Below are positions 39,108 to 49,716 of a stretch of DNA of 64,000 bases, piece after piece (positions within the stretch are counted from its first letter, which is position 1; each line of letters opens with the position of its first letter). The notes beneath the pieces are model-generated. The model was given only the letters and a program-made list of their open reading frames with translations, had not been told where the DNA came from and searched no databases. The translations under genes and the position numbers were made by a program. Where the stretch lies: positions 5,842 through 69,841 of the forward strand of contig CATYVZ010000008.1 in the NCBI GenBank assembly GCA_958413985.1, given 5' to 3'. Source of the DNA: an uncultured Bacilli bacterium. Lineage in GTDB: Bacteria > Bacillota_I > Bacilli_A > RF39 > UBA660.

Positions 39108-41228
39108 ATGGAGGAATTTATGTTGGAAGATAAGATATTAGAAATATTAAAAAATGTAGATAAAGCATTATCTGTTTATGAAATAAATGATGCTTTAGGA
39201 TTAACAACTGTCGATGAATTAAAAGAACTATTAAAAACTTTGAATGGAATGGAAGACAATTTAAAAATTTATCGCACTAATAAAAATAGATATCTATTAT
39301 TTTCCAATAGTCATTTAAAGCTAGGAACGATGATCGCTAATAAAAAAGGTTATGGCTTTGTCGATATCGAAGGCGATCAAGATGTTTTTATTCCGCCCAA
39401 TAATATCAATGGCGCAATTCATGGTGATAGGGTAATCGTTGAGATAACGTCGCCTAAAGGAATCGATTTAGAAGGGCGAATTGTCAAGATAGTCGATCGT
39501 AAATTTAAACAGATGGTTGGTGAAATTTATTATAAAAAAAATCAACCTTATTTAAAATTGGACGATGAACGTATCAATATTACTATCGAAATAGATAAGA
39601 AAAATACCAAAGGTGCGATGCCAGGACACAAGGTTTTAGTTAAAATCACTAACAAATTAAAAGATAATAACTATAAAGGTGAAGTAGTAAAAATTTTAGG
39701 TCATAAAAATGATCCTGGAGTCGATATATTATCGATTACAAATGAAATGGGCATTCCTGATACATTTAGCGAGAATGTCATGAACGAATTAGATAATATA
39801 CCTGATGAAGTATTGCCTAGCCAATTAACTGATCGAGTCGACTTAAGAGATGAAATAATCTTTACTATCGATGGCGATGATACTAAAGATATCGATGATG
39901 CTATTAGTATTGAAAAGATCGCCGATAATTATAAATTGGGTGTTCATATTGCCGATGTTAGCTATTATGTTAGACCTAATACCGCATTAGATAGCGAAGC
40001 ATTTGAACGTGGGACAAGTGTCTATTTAGCCGATAGAGTAATTCCGATGTTACCTCATAAACTGTCAAATGGTATTTGTTCCTTAAATCCTAATGTTGAT
40101 CGATTAGCGATCTCCTGCATTATGGAAATAGATAAAAATGGTAATGTAGTTAATTATGATATTTTAAAGACAGTTATCAGATCCAAAATTCAGATGACTT
40201 ATAAAAAAGTTAATCAAGTTTTAGAAGATAATGTTATTCCTGAAGGTTATGAAGAATACGTTGACAAATTAAAAATGATGGCTGATCTAGCTAAGATTCT
40301 TCGTCAAAATAAAGAAAATAGAGGTTATATTGATTTTGATATCGATGAATCAAAAATCATCGTCGATGATAAGGGGAAGGTTATCGATATAACATTACGC
40401 AATAGAGGTACCGGTGAAAAGTTAATCGAAGATTTTATGATTGCAGCCAATGAAACAGTTGCTAGTCATATTTATTACATGCAATTACCTTTTATTTATC
40501 GAGTTCATGGTCAACCTGATGAAGACAAAATAAATAATTTCATGAGATTTTTAAATATTTTAGGCTATAAAGTTAAAGAAGATATAAAAAAACTTTCTCC
40601 TAAGACTATGCAGAATATTTTAAAGCAATTAAAGGACAAAAAAGAATTTCATTTATTATCAGCTTTACTTTTAAGAAGTATGCAAAAGGCAATCTATGAC
40701 ACTAATAACATTGGTCATTTTGGAATTGCAAGTAAATGCTATACTCATTTTACCTCACCGATTAGAAGGTATCCCGATACGACGGTTCATAGATTATTAC
40801 ATACATATTTGTTTGATAATAATATAAATAGCGATATAATTGATTATTATGAAAGGGAACTACCTTTTGTAGCAGAACATACATCTAATACTGAACGAAG
40901 AAGTATTGAATGTGAAAGAGCGGTCGACGATATGAAAAAAGCAGAATATATGATGGATCATATCGGCGAAGAATTCACCGGTATTATTAGTTCAGTTATG
41001 AATTTTGGAATGTTTGTCGAATTACCTAATCTAGTTGAAGGATTAGTGCGATTGGATAGTTTAAAAGGTGACTATTATACTTATGATGAGACTACATTCA
41101 CTATCCGTGGCAATAAAGATAAAAGGGGTTATAGATTAGGGGATAGTGTTAAAGTAAGAGTAATTGCTGCTGATAAGGAAAAAAGGACAATCGATTTTGA
41201 GGTGATTAAAGATGGAAATTCAAAATAG
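39108..41228 (+). CDS. rnr: ribonuclease R
   Basis: 706 aa. The RNB catalytic region (DIDDAIS, RVIPMLP, HFGIASKCYTHFTSPIRRYPD) and a C-terminal S1 domain are present. Confidence 0.9.
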   Translation: MEEFMLEDKILEILKNVDKALSVYEINDALGLTTVDELKELLKTLNGMEDNLKIYRTNKNRYLLFSNSHLKLGTMIANKKGYGFVDIEGDQDVFIPPNNINGAIHGDRVIVEITSPKGIDLEGRIVKIVDRKFKQMVGEIYYKKNQPYLKLDDERINITIEIDKKNTKGAMPGHKVLVKITNKLKDNNYKGEVVKILGHKNDPGVDILSITNEMGIPDTFSENVMNELDNIPDEVLPSQLTDRVDLRDEIIFTIDGDDTKDIDDAISIEKIADNYKLGVHIADVSYYVRPNTALDSEAFERGTSVYLADRVIPMLPHKLSNGICSLNPNVDRLAISCIMEIDKNGNVVNYDILKTVIRSKIQMTYKKVNQVLEDNVIPEGYEEYVDKLKMMADLAKILRQNKENRGYIDFDIDESKIIVDDKGKVIDITLRNRGTGEKLIEDFMIAANETVASHIYYMQLPFIYRVHGQPDEDKINNFMRFLNILGYKVKEDIKKLSPKTMQNILKQLKDKKEFHLLSALLLRSMQKAIYDTNNIGHFGIASKCYTHFTSPIRRYPDTTVHRLLHTYLFDNNINSDIIDYYERELPFVAEHTSNTERRSIECERAVDDMKKAEYMMDHIGEEFTGIISSVMNFGMFVELPNLVEGLVRLDSLKGDYYTYDETTFTIRGNKDKRGYRLGDSVKVRVIAADKEKRTIDFEVIKDGNSK

Positions 41229-41649
41229 AAAAGTCAACTTTGATTATGAAATAGTTGAAACATTTGAAACAGGAATCGTTTTAACTGGAACTGAGATCAA
41301 ATCAATTCGACAAGGACAGGCTAATTTAAAAGATAGTTATGCTATTATTAGAAATAGTGAAATATATTTATTAAATATGCATATTAGTAAGTATGATCAA
41401 GGAAATATCTTTAATCATGATGAAACTAGAACGAGAAAACTATTGATGCATAAAAAAGAAATATTAAAACTAAAAGATAAACTAGATTTAGAAGGTTTTA
41501 CTTTGGTTCCTATCAAGCTATATTTTAAAGGTAGTAAAGCTAAAATTTTATTAGGTCTAGCTAAGGGTAAAAAAAATTATGATAAAAGAGAGGCAATTAA
41601 GAAAAAAGATGTAACAAGACAAATGGCTAAAGATCTTAAGAATTATTAA
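41212..41649 (+). CDS. smpB: SsrA-binding protein
   Basis: VLTGTEIKSIRQG...ANLKDSYA...LLMHKKEI are SmpB hallmarks. Directly upstream of tmRNA. Confidence 0.9.
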   Translation: MEIQNRKVNFDYEIVETFETGIVLTGTEIKSIRQGQANLKDSYAIIRNSEIYLLNMHISKYDQGNIFNHDETRTRKLLMHKKEILKLKDKLDLEGFTLVPIKLYFKGSKAKILLGLAKGKKNYDKREAIKKKDVTRQMAKDLKNY

Positions 41650-41711
41650 TTTTTGACGAGAAAAATTTGTATTTACAAAAAGTTAAAAATGTGGTATTAT
41701 ATATACCACAT

Positions 41712-42055
41712 GGGGTCGTCTAGTTTCGACGGAAACACTATTTTTAAAGGGCAAGTCGTCAAGGTATGACGTTATAATCCAAATTAAAAATAACTGGAAA
41801 CAGAAATCAATTAGCTTTCGCTTAATAATTTAGAAGGCTGCTTCTTTATTTCTTTACTTACGAGAAATAAAAGAGGCTCGATTAGTGAGTTATATCGATA
41901 GTTTTTTTTCTAGGATTATCGATGAATTTAATAGAAATTACTGAGTGAAATTTTGATAGTTTATTATCACTTAGGACAACAACAAATTATCTAAACTTGT
42001 AGAACTTTAATCTTGGTATTTTCGGACAGGGGTGCGATTCCCCTCGACTCCACCA
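41712..42055 (+). ncRNA. ssrA: tmRNA (ssrA)
   Basis: 5' GGGGTCG pairs with 3' CGACTCCACCA. tRNA-like T-arm GGACAGGGGTGCGATTCCCCTC. Internal reading frame ending GCT TTC GCT TAA TAA (tag ending ...LAFA-stop-stop). Length 344 nt. Confidence 0.8.
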
Positions 42056-42637
42056 ATTAGTAATTAGTTGCTAACTATAATAGTTAGTAATTTTTATTTA
42101 TCTAAAATTTGATACAATCTTTCAAAATAGAAATTGTCTTGCTAAAAATTTAAATGATTGATTTTCTTTAAAAATTATGTTATATTAAATATGTCAGGGA
42201 AACTTGCATATAATAAAAAAGAATACATTTGATTGTTGCAAATCAAATGCATTCCCTTGTTGGATATGGCATCTGAAATCACATTGTTGTGAAATCAGAT
42301 GCTTTTATTATTTAAATAGTAAGGTGATTACTACAAAAAATAATAGTAGAATTATAATAAATAGAGAAAATTTTCTTTTTGTCATAATTAACCACCAACT
42401 TTCTTAAAGAAGAAAGGGAAAGCATCTGATATTTTCAAATGTATCCAAAAAATATTATGCCAAACAATACGATTTCAAGTAATACTTACTATTTTTTCTA
42501 ATACTTTGAAAATACAGAATAAAATCATTACTGGTAATTTGTTGTAATAATCACCTAACTTAATAAAATAAAAAAGAAATCATATAAATTAGAGTAGCAA
42601 ACTCAAATATTAATGATTTTCTTTTTTTGAATATAAA

Positions 42638-43258
42638 TTATTGTTTATCTAGTTGTTCTATTGAATAAGTGTTATAACCCTCATATTGATAGCTTATATC
42701 AATACCTTTCATATAGACAATTCTATCATTGACTTTATCTGTTAGTGCTGATTCAAGTAACAATCTAATTTCGATATCTTTTACTGGGCTTCTTTCCATA
42801 GCAAGCAAATATGCTTCTTTATCAACTTTACTCCAATCAATAACTTTTCCTATTTCTTTCTTTAATATCATATCGAGCCAAATACGAGTACTTCTTCCAT
42901 TCCCTTCTCTAAAAGGATGGGCAATGTTCATTTCAACATATTTCTTTATGATGTTTTCAAAATTATCTTGCGGCATTGCATCAATCTTAGATAAAACTTC
43001 TTCTAAATACATTACAGAAGCAAATCTAAAATTACCTTTAGCAATATTTTCATTCCTTATACTACCTGCAAAATCGTAAATATCAGAAAATAAATACTCA
43101 TGTATTTTAGCTAGGCCATTAAATGTTCCAATTTCAAATTCATTAATTTTATTTGTATCAAACAATTCTAATGCTTTTATTTTCGTTATACGTTCTTCTT
43201 CGTTTGCGAGTAAAATTTCACTAGTAATTCCAAGTTTATTAGTCAACATTATAATCAC
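42638..43258 (-). CDS. Fic family protein
   Basis: Fic motif HPFREGNGRSTR (HPFx[DE]GNGR). 206 aa. Confidence 0.8.
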   Translation of the reverse strand: MIIMLTNKLGITSEILLANEEERITKIKALELFDTNKINEFEIGTFNGLAKIHEYLFSDIYDFAGSIRNENIAKGNFRFASVMYLEEVLSKIDAMPQDNFENIIKKYVEMNIAHPFREGNGRSTRIWLDMILKKEIGKVIDWSKVDKEAYLLAMERSPVKDIEIRLLLESALTDKVNDRIVYMKGIDISYQYEGYNTYSIEQLDKQ

Positions 43259-43480
43259 CTCGTTTAATACATATATTATACCATATTAACAGGTAAATAC
43301 ATAATTAAAAAACCATAAAATTGTAACACTACAAAATAGCCTAATAATAATTAATAATTATATTGACTTTATGTTTTAATAATGTTAAAATAATATTTAT
43401 ATTTCGATAAACGTTTATTTTATTCTTTTTTATATAATAATCGATTTTTAGAAATAATAATTATATGAGGAGGAATAAAG

Positions 43481-43696
43481 ATGAACACTGGAATTGTAAA
43501 ATTATTCAAAGACGATAAAGGTTATGGATTTATTACAGATAGCAAAACTCAAAAAGACATATTTGTCCATTTTTCCGCATTACAGGGTGACGGTTTTAAA
43601 ACCCTTAAAGCAGGACAGACAGTTTCTTATGATGTTGAAAAAGATCCAAAGAATACTGATAAGTCAAGAGCTGTTAATGTTGTAGTTATAAAATAA
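43481..43696 (+). CDS. cold-shock protein (CspA family)
   Basis: [16 protein letters not shown] (RNP1-like) and FVHFSA (RNP2-like). 71 aa. Confidence 0.85.
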   Translation: MNTGIVKLFKDDKGYGFITDSKTQKDIFVHFSALQGDGFKTLKAGQTVSYDVEKDPKNTDKSRAVNVVVIK

Positions 43697-43853
43697 AACA
43701 TAAACCAAGATTAAAAAGTTGAACAATTTAATTATTTAAGGATTGTAACCTATGATTAGGTAACAGTCCTTTTATTTTAAAGATTATTTAAGATGTGAAA
43801 GTAATCTACCCACAATAAAAATAAATTTTATAATTGAAACTATCAATAAAGTA

Positions 43854-44384
43854 TTGTATACTATAATCAAGGTGATAATAATGGATTATGATATTGAGAA
43901 AATAGAATTAAGCAAATTACTAAACTTAGTAAATATGAATGATGCAGATATTTCAACACCAGATAAACCAATTATTGGTACTCAATCTTTAGCTACTTGC
44001 TTTGGAGTTTTGTTATATGATGAAGACCAAAAAATTGGAATTGTGGCCCATTTTACGCATAACATTGAAGATACTATTATCAAAATATTAAAATTATTCG
44101 ATTTTGATCAGGAATATAAATTTAAATATATAATATTTCCAGGATATTATTCAAAAGATCAAGACCCATATAATACCCAACCCCGTTTAGAGCATTTCTT
44201 TCAAGATTTTAAAATGGATAATTTACAGTTCATCCCATTTGATAAGAAAGACCTATCCGATCAAGCGATATCCGAGGGCTATCTTTCTTATCAGTTTGCG
44301 TTTGATACTAGAACTGGTCAGTTTGTAACTGATAAAGTTTTGTTTGGTCAAGATTATATTGAGACATCTCAAAAAAACAGATAA
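43854..44384 (+). CDS. hypothetical protein (176 aa)
   Basis: Intact ORF with RBS. No motif recognised. Confidence 0.35.
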   Translation: MYTIIKVIIMDYDIEKIELSKLLNLVNMNDADISTPDKPIIGTQSLATCFGVLLYDEDQKIGIVAHFTHNIEDTIIKILKLFDFDQEYKFKYIIFPGYYSKDQDPYNTQPRLEHFFQDFKMDNLQFIPFDKKDLSDQAISEGYLSYQFAFDTRTGQFVTDKVLFGQDYIETSQKNR

Positions 44385-44444
44385 AACTTTTTTTGACAAA
44401 TACAAATCGAAATGTTATAATTAAATAGCTTAAGAGGTGATTTA

Positions 44445-45026
44445 ATGAAAATTAGCTCGGTTAATTTAGAAATAAGTGCGGTTAGACGTAGTCAATATCC
44501 AACTGATAATAAACCAGAATTTCTATTAGTAGGGCGCTCTAATGTTGGCAAAAGTAGTTTTATCAATACATTGATCAATCGAAAGAACTATGCTAGAACT
44601 TCAGCTACCCCCGGCAAGACTCAAACAATTAATTTTTATTTAGTAAATGAACAATTTTATTTAGTCGATGCTCCGGGTTATGGATATGCTGATGTTAATA
44701 AAAAGAAGCAAAAAAAATTCGGTTTGATGATGGAAGATTATTTAACTAGCCGTGAAAACTTAAAACAGGTTTTCATGTTAGTTGATTTTAGACATAAACT
44801 ATCAAATGATGACATTATGATGTATAACTTTCTCAAGTATTATAAATTACCTGTTACCATAATTGCTACTAAAGTAGATAAAATTCCTATAACTAAACAA
44901 CAACAACAACGCAATGTTTTACTTGAAGATCTAGATTTAGTTATCGGTGATGAATTTATAATGTTTAGCAACATAACTAAAGTTGGTAAAGATGAAATTA
45001 TGCAAAAAATAGAAAGAACAATATAA
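44445..45026 (+). CDS. engB: ribosome biogenesis GTPase YihA/EngB
   Basis: G1 GRSNVGKSS. G3 DAPGYGYA. G4 TKVDK. 193 aa. Confidence 0.85.
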   Translation: MKISSVNLEISAVRRSQYPTDNKPEFLLVGRSNVGKSSFINTLINRKNYARTSATPGKTQTINFYLVNEQFYLVDAPGYGYADVNKKKQKKFGLMMEDYLTSRENLKQVFMLVDFRHKLSNDDIMMYNFLKYYKLPVTIIATKVDKIPITKQQQQRNVLLEDLDLVIGDEFIMFSNITKVGKDEIMQKIERTI

Positions 45027-45073
45027 CTTATTACATTTTGATAACAATTTCATAAACTATTTTAGGTGATTAA

Positions 45074-45553
45074 ATGAAATTGATTGTTGACAATAATAAA
45101 TTTATTGTTTTTTTAAATAAAGATAAAAATATTGATTTTGATAACAAATTGAAAATGGAAAAATACTTTAAAGATCTGTTTTCTAAAATAAAAAATAAAT
45201 ATAACATCGATATTAGTGGTTATTATAATATCGATATATATATCGATAAATACTATGGTAGTATTATTGAAATCGAAGATGAACAACTAGATTATTATGA
45301 TTATTTTAATCAAATTGATATGGAGATTAACGTTTTAAAAAACAGCTTATTTTTATATGAGATCAACTATGAATTTCTCGATAAGAAGATTTTAGACAAA
45401 GTTATCTGTTATAAAATAAATGATAAAATATATTTACAGATAATTTCTGATATTGACGATTTATTGTTAGCTAAAATAACAGAATATGGCCATATTTTAT
45501 ATGGTAAAGAAGTAGATAAAATAATAAAACAAGGAAAGAAGGTGAAACTATGA
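45074..45553 (+). CDS. hypothetical protein (159 aa)
   Basis: Asp/Tyr/Ile-rich. Overlaps the der start. Confidence 0.35.
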   Translation: MKLIVDNNKFIVFLNKDKNIDFDNKLKMEKYFKDLFSKIKNKYNIDISGYYNIDIYIDKYYGSIIEIEDEQLDYYDYFNQIDMEINVLKNSLFLYEINYEFLDKKILDKVICYKINDKIYLQIISDIDDLLLAKITEYGHILYGKEVDKIIKQGKKVKL

Positions 45554-46866
45554 AAAAGCCAGTAGTTGCTTTAGTCGGTCGACCTAATGTTGGTAAAAGT
45601 ACTTTATTTAATAGACTCGTCGGAACAAAAACGGCGATTATTGAAGATGTACCCGGGATAACCAGAGATAGAATCTATGGTGATGCTAAATTTGGTAATT
45701 ATCTTTTTCATTTAGTAGATACAGGTGGTATCGATATTAGTGATGCAGATTTTAACGAGGAAATAAAATTACAAGTTGAAATAGCTATACTAGAAGCAGA
45801 TGTTATTGTTTTTGTCGTCGATGCTAAAGAGGGAATTACGGTCAATGACTTAGTTGTAAAGGACATGCTCTTAAAATCAGGAAAGAAGATAATCGTTGCA
45901 ATCAACAAAATCGACAGTAAATTAGCGAAAGATAATATATACGATTTTTATGAATTAGGTTTTGAAACTTATATTAATATTAGTTCAGAACAAAACGAAG
46001 GTATATATGAATTATTAACAGAAATTACCAGTGACTTTAAAGAGATAGAAGCAGAAGAAGAAAATGTAATCAAGTTTAGTGTGATCGGTCGACCTAATGT
46101 TGGCAAAAGTAGTTTAGTTAATGCTATTTTAAACGAAGAAAGAGTTATCGTTTCATCAGTGGCAGGGACAACTCGCGATGCGATTGACACTCCTTTTATG
46201 TATCACGATCAGAAATTCGTTGTGATCGATACTGCCGGTATGCGTAAAAAAGGAAAAATATATGAAACTGTCGAAAAATATAGTTTGTTAAGGAGTATGA
46301 AAGCAATCGATCGATCTAATGTATGTTTGCTTGTAATCGATGCTAAAGAAGGAATTATCGAGCATGATAAGCATATTGCTGGTTATGCTATCGAGGCTGG
46401 AAAGCCGATCATAATTGTCGTCAACAAATGGGATGTTATCGAAAATAAAGATGAACAAATGAAAAAATTCACAAAAGATATTCGCAATAATTTTCAGTTT
46501 ATGGATTATGCACCGATCGTTTATTTATCTGCTTTAACTCGTAAACGACTACATACTTTAATGCCAGAAGTAATTAAAGTATACCAAAATAGTACTAAAT
46601 TTATTGCAACTAATTTGATCAATGATTGTATTAAAGATGCATATAATCTTAATTTACCTCCTTCTTATAAAGGAAAAAGATTAAAAATATATTTTTGTAA
46701 TCAGACGATGATCCAACCGCCAACTTTTAATATTCAAGTTAATAATAAAAGTTTAGTTCATTTTTCATATCAAAGATACTTAGAAAACAAAATAAGAGAA
46801 TCGTTTGATTTCGAAGGAACGCCAATCGTTCTAAAGTTTAAAAATAAAGGTGAAGAAGAACTTTAA
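45550..46866 (+). CDS. der: ribosome-associated GTPase EngA/Der (double GTPase domain + KH-like)
   Basis: Two P-loops GRPNVGKST and GRPNVGKSS. Two NKxD motifs (INKID, VNKWD). Confidence 0.9.
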   Translation: MKKPVVALVGRPNVGKSTLFNRLVGTKTAIIEDVPGITRDRIYGDAKFGNYLFHLVDTGGIDISDADFNEEIKLQVEIAILEADVIVFVVDAKEGITVNDLVVKDMLLKSGKKIIVAINKIDSKLAKDNIYDFYELGFETYINISSEQNEGIYELLTEITSDFKEIEAEEENVIKFSVIGRPNVGKSSLVNAILNEERVIVSSVAGTTRDAIDTPFMYHDQKFVVIDTAGMRKKGKIYETVEKYSLLRSMKAIDRSNVCLLVIDAKEGIIEHDKHIAGYAIEAGKPIIIVVNKWDVIENKDEQMKKFTKDIRNNFQFMDYAPIVYLSALTRKRLHTLMPEVIKVYQNSTKFIATNLINDCIKDAYNLNLPPSYKGKRLKIYFCNQTMIQPPTFNIQVNNKSLVHFSYQRYLENKIRESFDFEGTPIVLKFKNKGEEEL

Positions 46867-47011
46867 ATTAGATTTTTTTATCTAATTTTTTTATTAAGCT
46901 TGTTTTTATGTGAACCTAATTTTATTCTTGAAAAATATTTAGTAATCTAGTATAATTAATTTAGAAAGATCGGTATAATAAGTAGAAAGGGAATCTAGTT
47001 ATTAGATTTGC

Positions 47012-48277
47012 GTGAACAAAATGAAAGTAAAAATCGATAAACATAGATTGACAAATGATGAATTAATTGTCTATAACAAACCGCAGAAGGTTTATATCCC
47101 TTTGATTAGCGGTAATGACACAGATATAACTATCCTTGTTAATAAAGGTGAATACGTTTATAAAGGCAGTATCGTCGGAAAGAGAAAAGGTAATTTTAGA
47201 ATTCCGATTTATTCTAGTGTCAGTGGTACAGTTTTAGATTTTGAAGAAAAAGTTTGTTTTAATGGTCAAAATGTTAAATGTGTAGTAATTGAAAATGATT
47301 TTAAAGAAAAAATCGAACAAAAAGTCAGCGTAAAACGAAGCATTAACAAATATACTAAAGAAGAATTCATCGAAATCTTAAAAGAAAATGGTATCGTTGG
47401 TTTAGGGGGAGCAGGTTTTCCGACCTACGTTAAATATGAACCAAAGAAAATTAATACTTTAATCGTTAACGCTGTCGAATGTGAACCCTATATTACAGCT
47501 GATCACATATTAGCTAAACAAAAGTGTGAGGAGATATTAGAAGCAATCGACGCTATTTTAGAGATTAATAAAATCGATGAAGCAATCATTGCCATTAAAA
47601 AAGAAAATAGCGATTTAAAACAAATCTTTGATAATTTTATTGGAACTTATTTGAAAATTAAAATTAAGTTAGTTCCTAATGTTTATCCATTAGGATGGGA
47701 AAGAACCTTAATAAAAGAAGTGTTAGGGAAAACATACGATAAATATCCAAGCGAAGAAGGAATTGTCGTCAACAATATTTCTACTATCTATGCAATCTAT
47801 GAAGCTTTGAAATATAATAAACCACTAATCGAAAGAATCGTTACTTTTTCTGGTGAAAATTTAGAACAACGTCATAATGTTTTAGTTAAGGTCGGTACGC
47901 AAGCATCAGAAGTATTAGAACAATTAAAAATGAAACCTAATAGTATTGTTGTTGCTGGTGGTCCAATGATGGGTACAAAAGTTGATGACCTGGTCATTTC
48001 TGCTAATTTAAATTGTGTTTTAGCTTTAGAAGATAAATTAAATTTTTCGACTCCTTGTTTAGAGTGTGGAAAATGTGTCAGTGTTTGTCCTGTTAAGTTA
48101 AGTCCTGTTTTAATTATGAAAAGTCGACAAAAAAAAGAAAAGGATATTAAAAAGTTAGAAAAACTTCATCCTGAAAAATGTATCGAATGTGGTCTATGCT
48201 CTTATATATGTCCGGCTAAATTATTTGTAAGAGAAAGAGTCAAAGATGCTAAGAACATAATCAAGGAGGGAAAATAA
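47012..48277 (+). CDS. rnfC: RnfC/NqrA-like electron transport complex subunit
   Basis: GIVGLGGAGFPT nucleotide-binding motif. Two C-terminal 4Fe-4S ferredoxin motifs (CLECGKCVSVCP; CIECGLCSYICP). Confidence 0.7.
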   Translation: MNKMKVKIDKHRLTNDELIVYNKPQKVYIPLISGNDTDITILVNKGEYVYKGSIVGKRKGNFRIPIYSSVSGTVLDFEEKVCFNGQNVKCVVIENDFKEKIEQKVSVKRSINKYTKEEFIEILKENGIVGLGGAGFPTYVKYEPKKINTLIVNAVECEPYITADHILAKQKCEEILEAIDAILEINKIDEAIIAIKKENSDLKQIFDNFIGTYLKIKIKLVPNVYPLGWERTLIKEVLGKTYDKYPSEEGIVVNNISTIYAIYEALKYNKPLIERIVTFSGENLEQRHNVLVKVGTQASEVLEQLKMKPNSIVVAGGPMMGTKVDDLVISANLNCVLALEDKLNFSTPCLECGKCVSVCPVKLSPVLIMKSRQKKEKDIKKLEKLHPEKCIECGLCSYICPAKLFVRERVKDAKNIIKEGK

Positions 48278-49656
48278 TGGGACCTTTTGTTAGAAGTAAA
48301 AATTCAACTAATAAAATGATGCTTCATCTTTTATTAGCACTTGTTCCAATTATCATCTTTTCTATTTATAAAAATGGTTATATTCCATATAGTCATGGGC
48401 TCATTAGTTTCATCGAAATTTTTGATCCCCTTGTCAAAATTTTTATCGGTGCTTTAACTTCTTTCGTGATCGAAAGCATTTATGCATTAATTTTTAGAAA
48501 AAAGAATTACCTTAAAAATTCTTATGCTTTTTTCCCAGGACTTTTTTTAGCTTTAATCTTACCTTTACACATTCCGCTTTATATATTAGTCATCGCTAGT
48601 TGTGTTGCTAGCATAAGTAAACTAGTGTGTGGTGGCTTTGGAAAAAATATTTTTAATCCGGCTTTAATTGGTTATCTATTTGTAGTTTTAGTATTTTCTA
48701 GCGTTTTAACGACTGATAACTATTTTAACGCTTATGAATTAGATACTATTAGTAAACCTACTCCTTTAACTAACGCTTCAATGGTATCTGGCATCGGCGA
48801 TTATGATCAATTAGTAAAACCTTATGGTAGTTTATCTAATTTCCTAATTGGAACCATACCGGGTAGTTTAGCTGAAACTAGCGCTTTGTTATGTATTGTA
48901 GCGTTTATTTATTTAACAGCCACAGGTACAATAAAATGGCGTATCCCATTGGTTTATATAACGACAGTCTTTTTAATTACTTTTGGTATTGGAAGATTAT
49001 TAGGAGAAGGGATTTATTACCCATTATTTCATCTTTTTAGTGGTGGATTAATGTTTGGCGCTGTTTTTATGGCAACAGATCCTGTAACTAGTGCTGTAAC
49101 ACCGATTGGCCAAATTTTACAAGGATTTTTATTAGGTATCATAACAGTCGTTTTCCGATTTGTCGGTGTCGAAGGTGTAGCTTATAGTATTTTAATCGTA
49201 AACGCAGTGGTATTTTTCTTAGATAAAATTGGAATGACATCACGATTTAATTTTATAAGGTCGTTAATTTGGTTTATTTTAGTTTGGGTAATAATTATCG
49301 GTGTTACGATCGGCTTAGCTCTAACAAGAAAAACTGATGATGATAAAGACCCTAACTTTGAAATTATCGATAAAAACAAACAAGAAAACACCACTATATA
49401 TACAGTTACACAAAAAGGTTATGGTGGTAAGATAGAAGCAGTAGTTAAAATTGAAAATGATCGTATTATATCAGTAGAGATAACTTCTCATCATGAAACA
49501 ACCAATCGTTATCAATTAATAATCGATGATAATTATATTGGTAAATTAATTGCAAATCAAGATGATTTAGCTAATATCGATACGGTAAGTAGTGCTACTG
49601 TGACTTCTAATGCCTTAAAACGTATGCTGATTAATGTTATAGATGATTATAAGTAA
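48277..49656 (+). CDS. rnfD: RnfD-like membrane subunit fused to a C-terminal RnfG-like FMN-binding domain
   Basis: Polytopic, with the RnfD/NqrB FMN-attachment motif FMATDPVTS. The C-terminal ~100 aa carry YGGKIEAVVKI...VDTVSSATVTSNALK, typical of the FMN_bind/RnfG domain. Confidence 0.65.
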   Translation: MGPFVRSKNSTNKMMLHLLLALVPIIIFSIYKNGYIPYSHGLISFIEIFDPLVKIFIGALTSFVIESIYALIFRKKNYLKNSYAFFPGLFLALILPLHIPLYILVIASCVASISKLVCGGFGKNIFNPALIGYLFVVLVFSSVLTTDNYFNAYELDTISKPTPLTNASMVSGIGDYDQLVKPYGSLSNFLIGTIPGSLAETSALLCIVAFIYLTATGTIKWRIPLVYITTVFLITFGIGRLLGEGIYYPLFHLFSGGLMFGAVFMATDPVTSAVTPIGQILQGFLLGIITVVFRFVGVEGVAYSILIVNAVVFFLDKIGMTSRFNFIRSLIWFILVWVIIIGVTIGLALTRKTDDDKDPNFEIIDKNKQENTTIYTVTQKGYGGKIEAVVKIENDRIISVEITSHHETTNRYQLIIDDNYIGKLIANQDDLANIDTVSSATVTSNALKRMLINVIDDYK

Positions 49657-49716
49657 AATTGTTATGTTGAATTAATAAACTGGTATTTTGCCAGTTTTTT
49701 AATCGATAAAGATTTT

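Noticed and set aside
42204-42407. 67-aa Cys-rich ORF between ssrA and fic
   Set aside because: No RBS, and it spans the stacked hairpins and terminator-like structures. More likely non-coding structured RNA or spacer than a peptide.
42638-43258. fic as cargo of an ssrA-targeting island
   Set aside because: I looked for a downstream duplicate of the tmRNA 3' end (CGACTCCACCA-like) between 43259 and 43480 and found none. This is kept only as a low-interest note.
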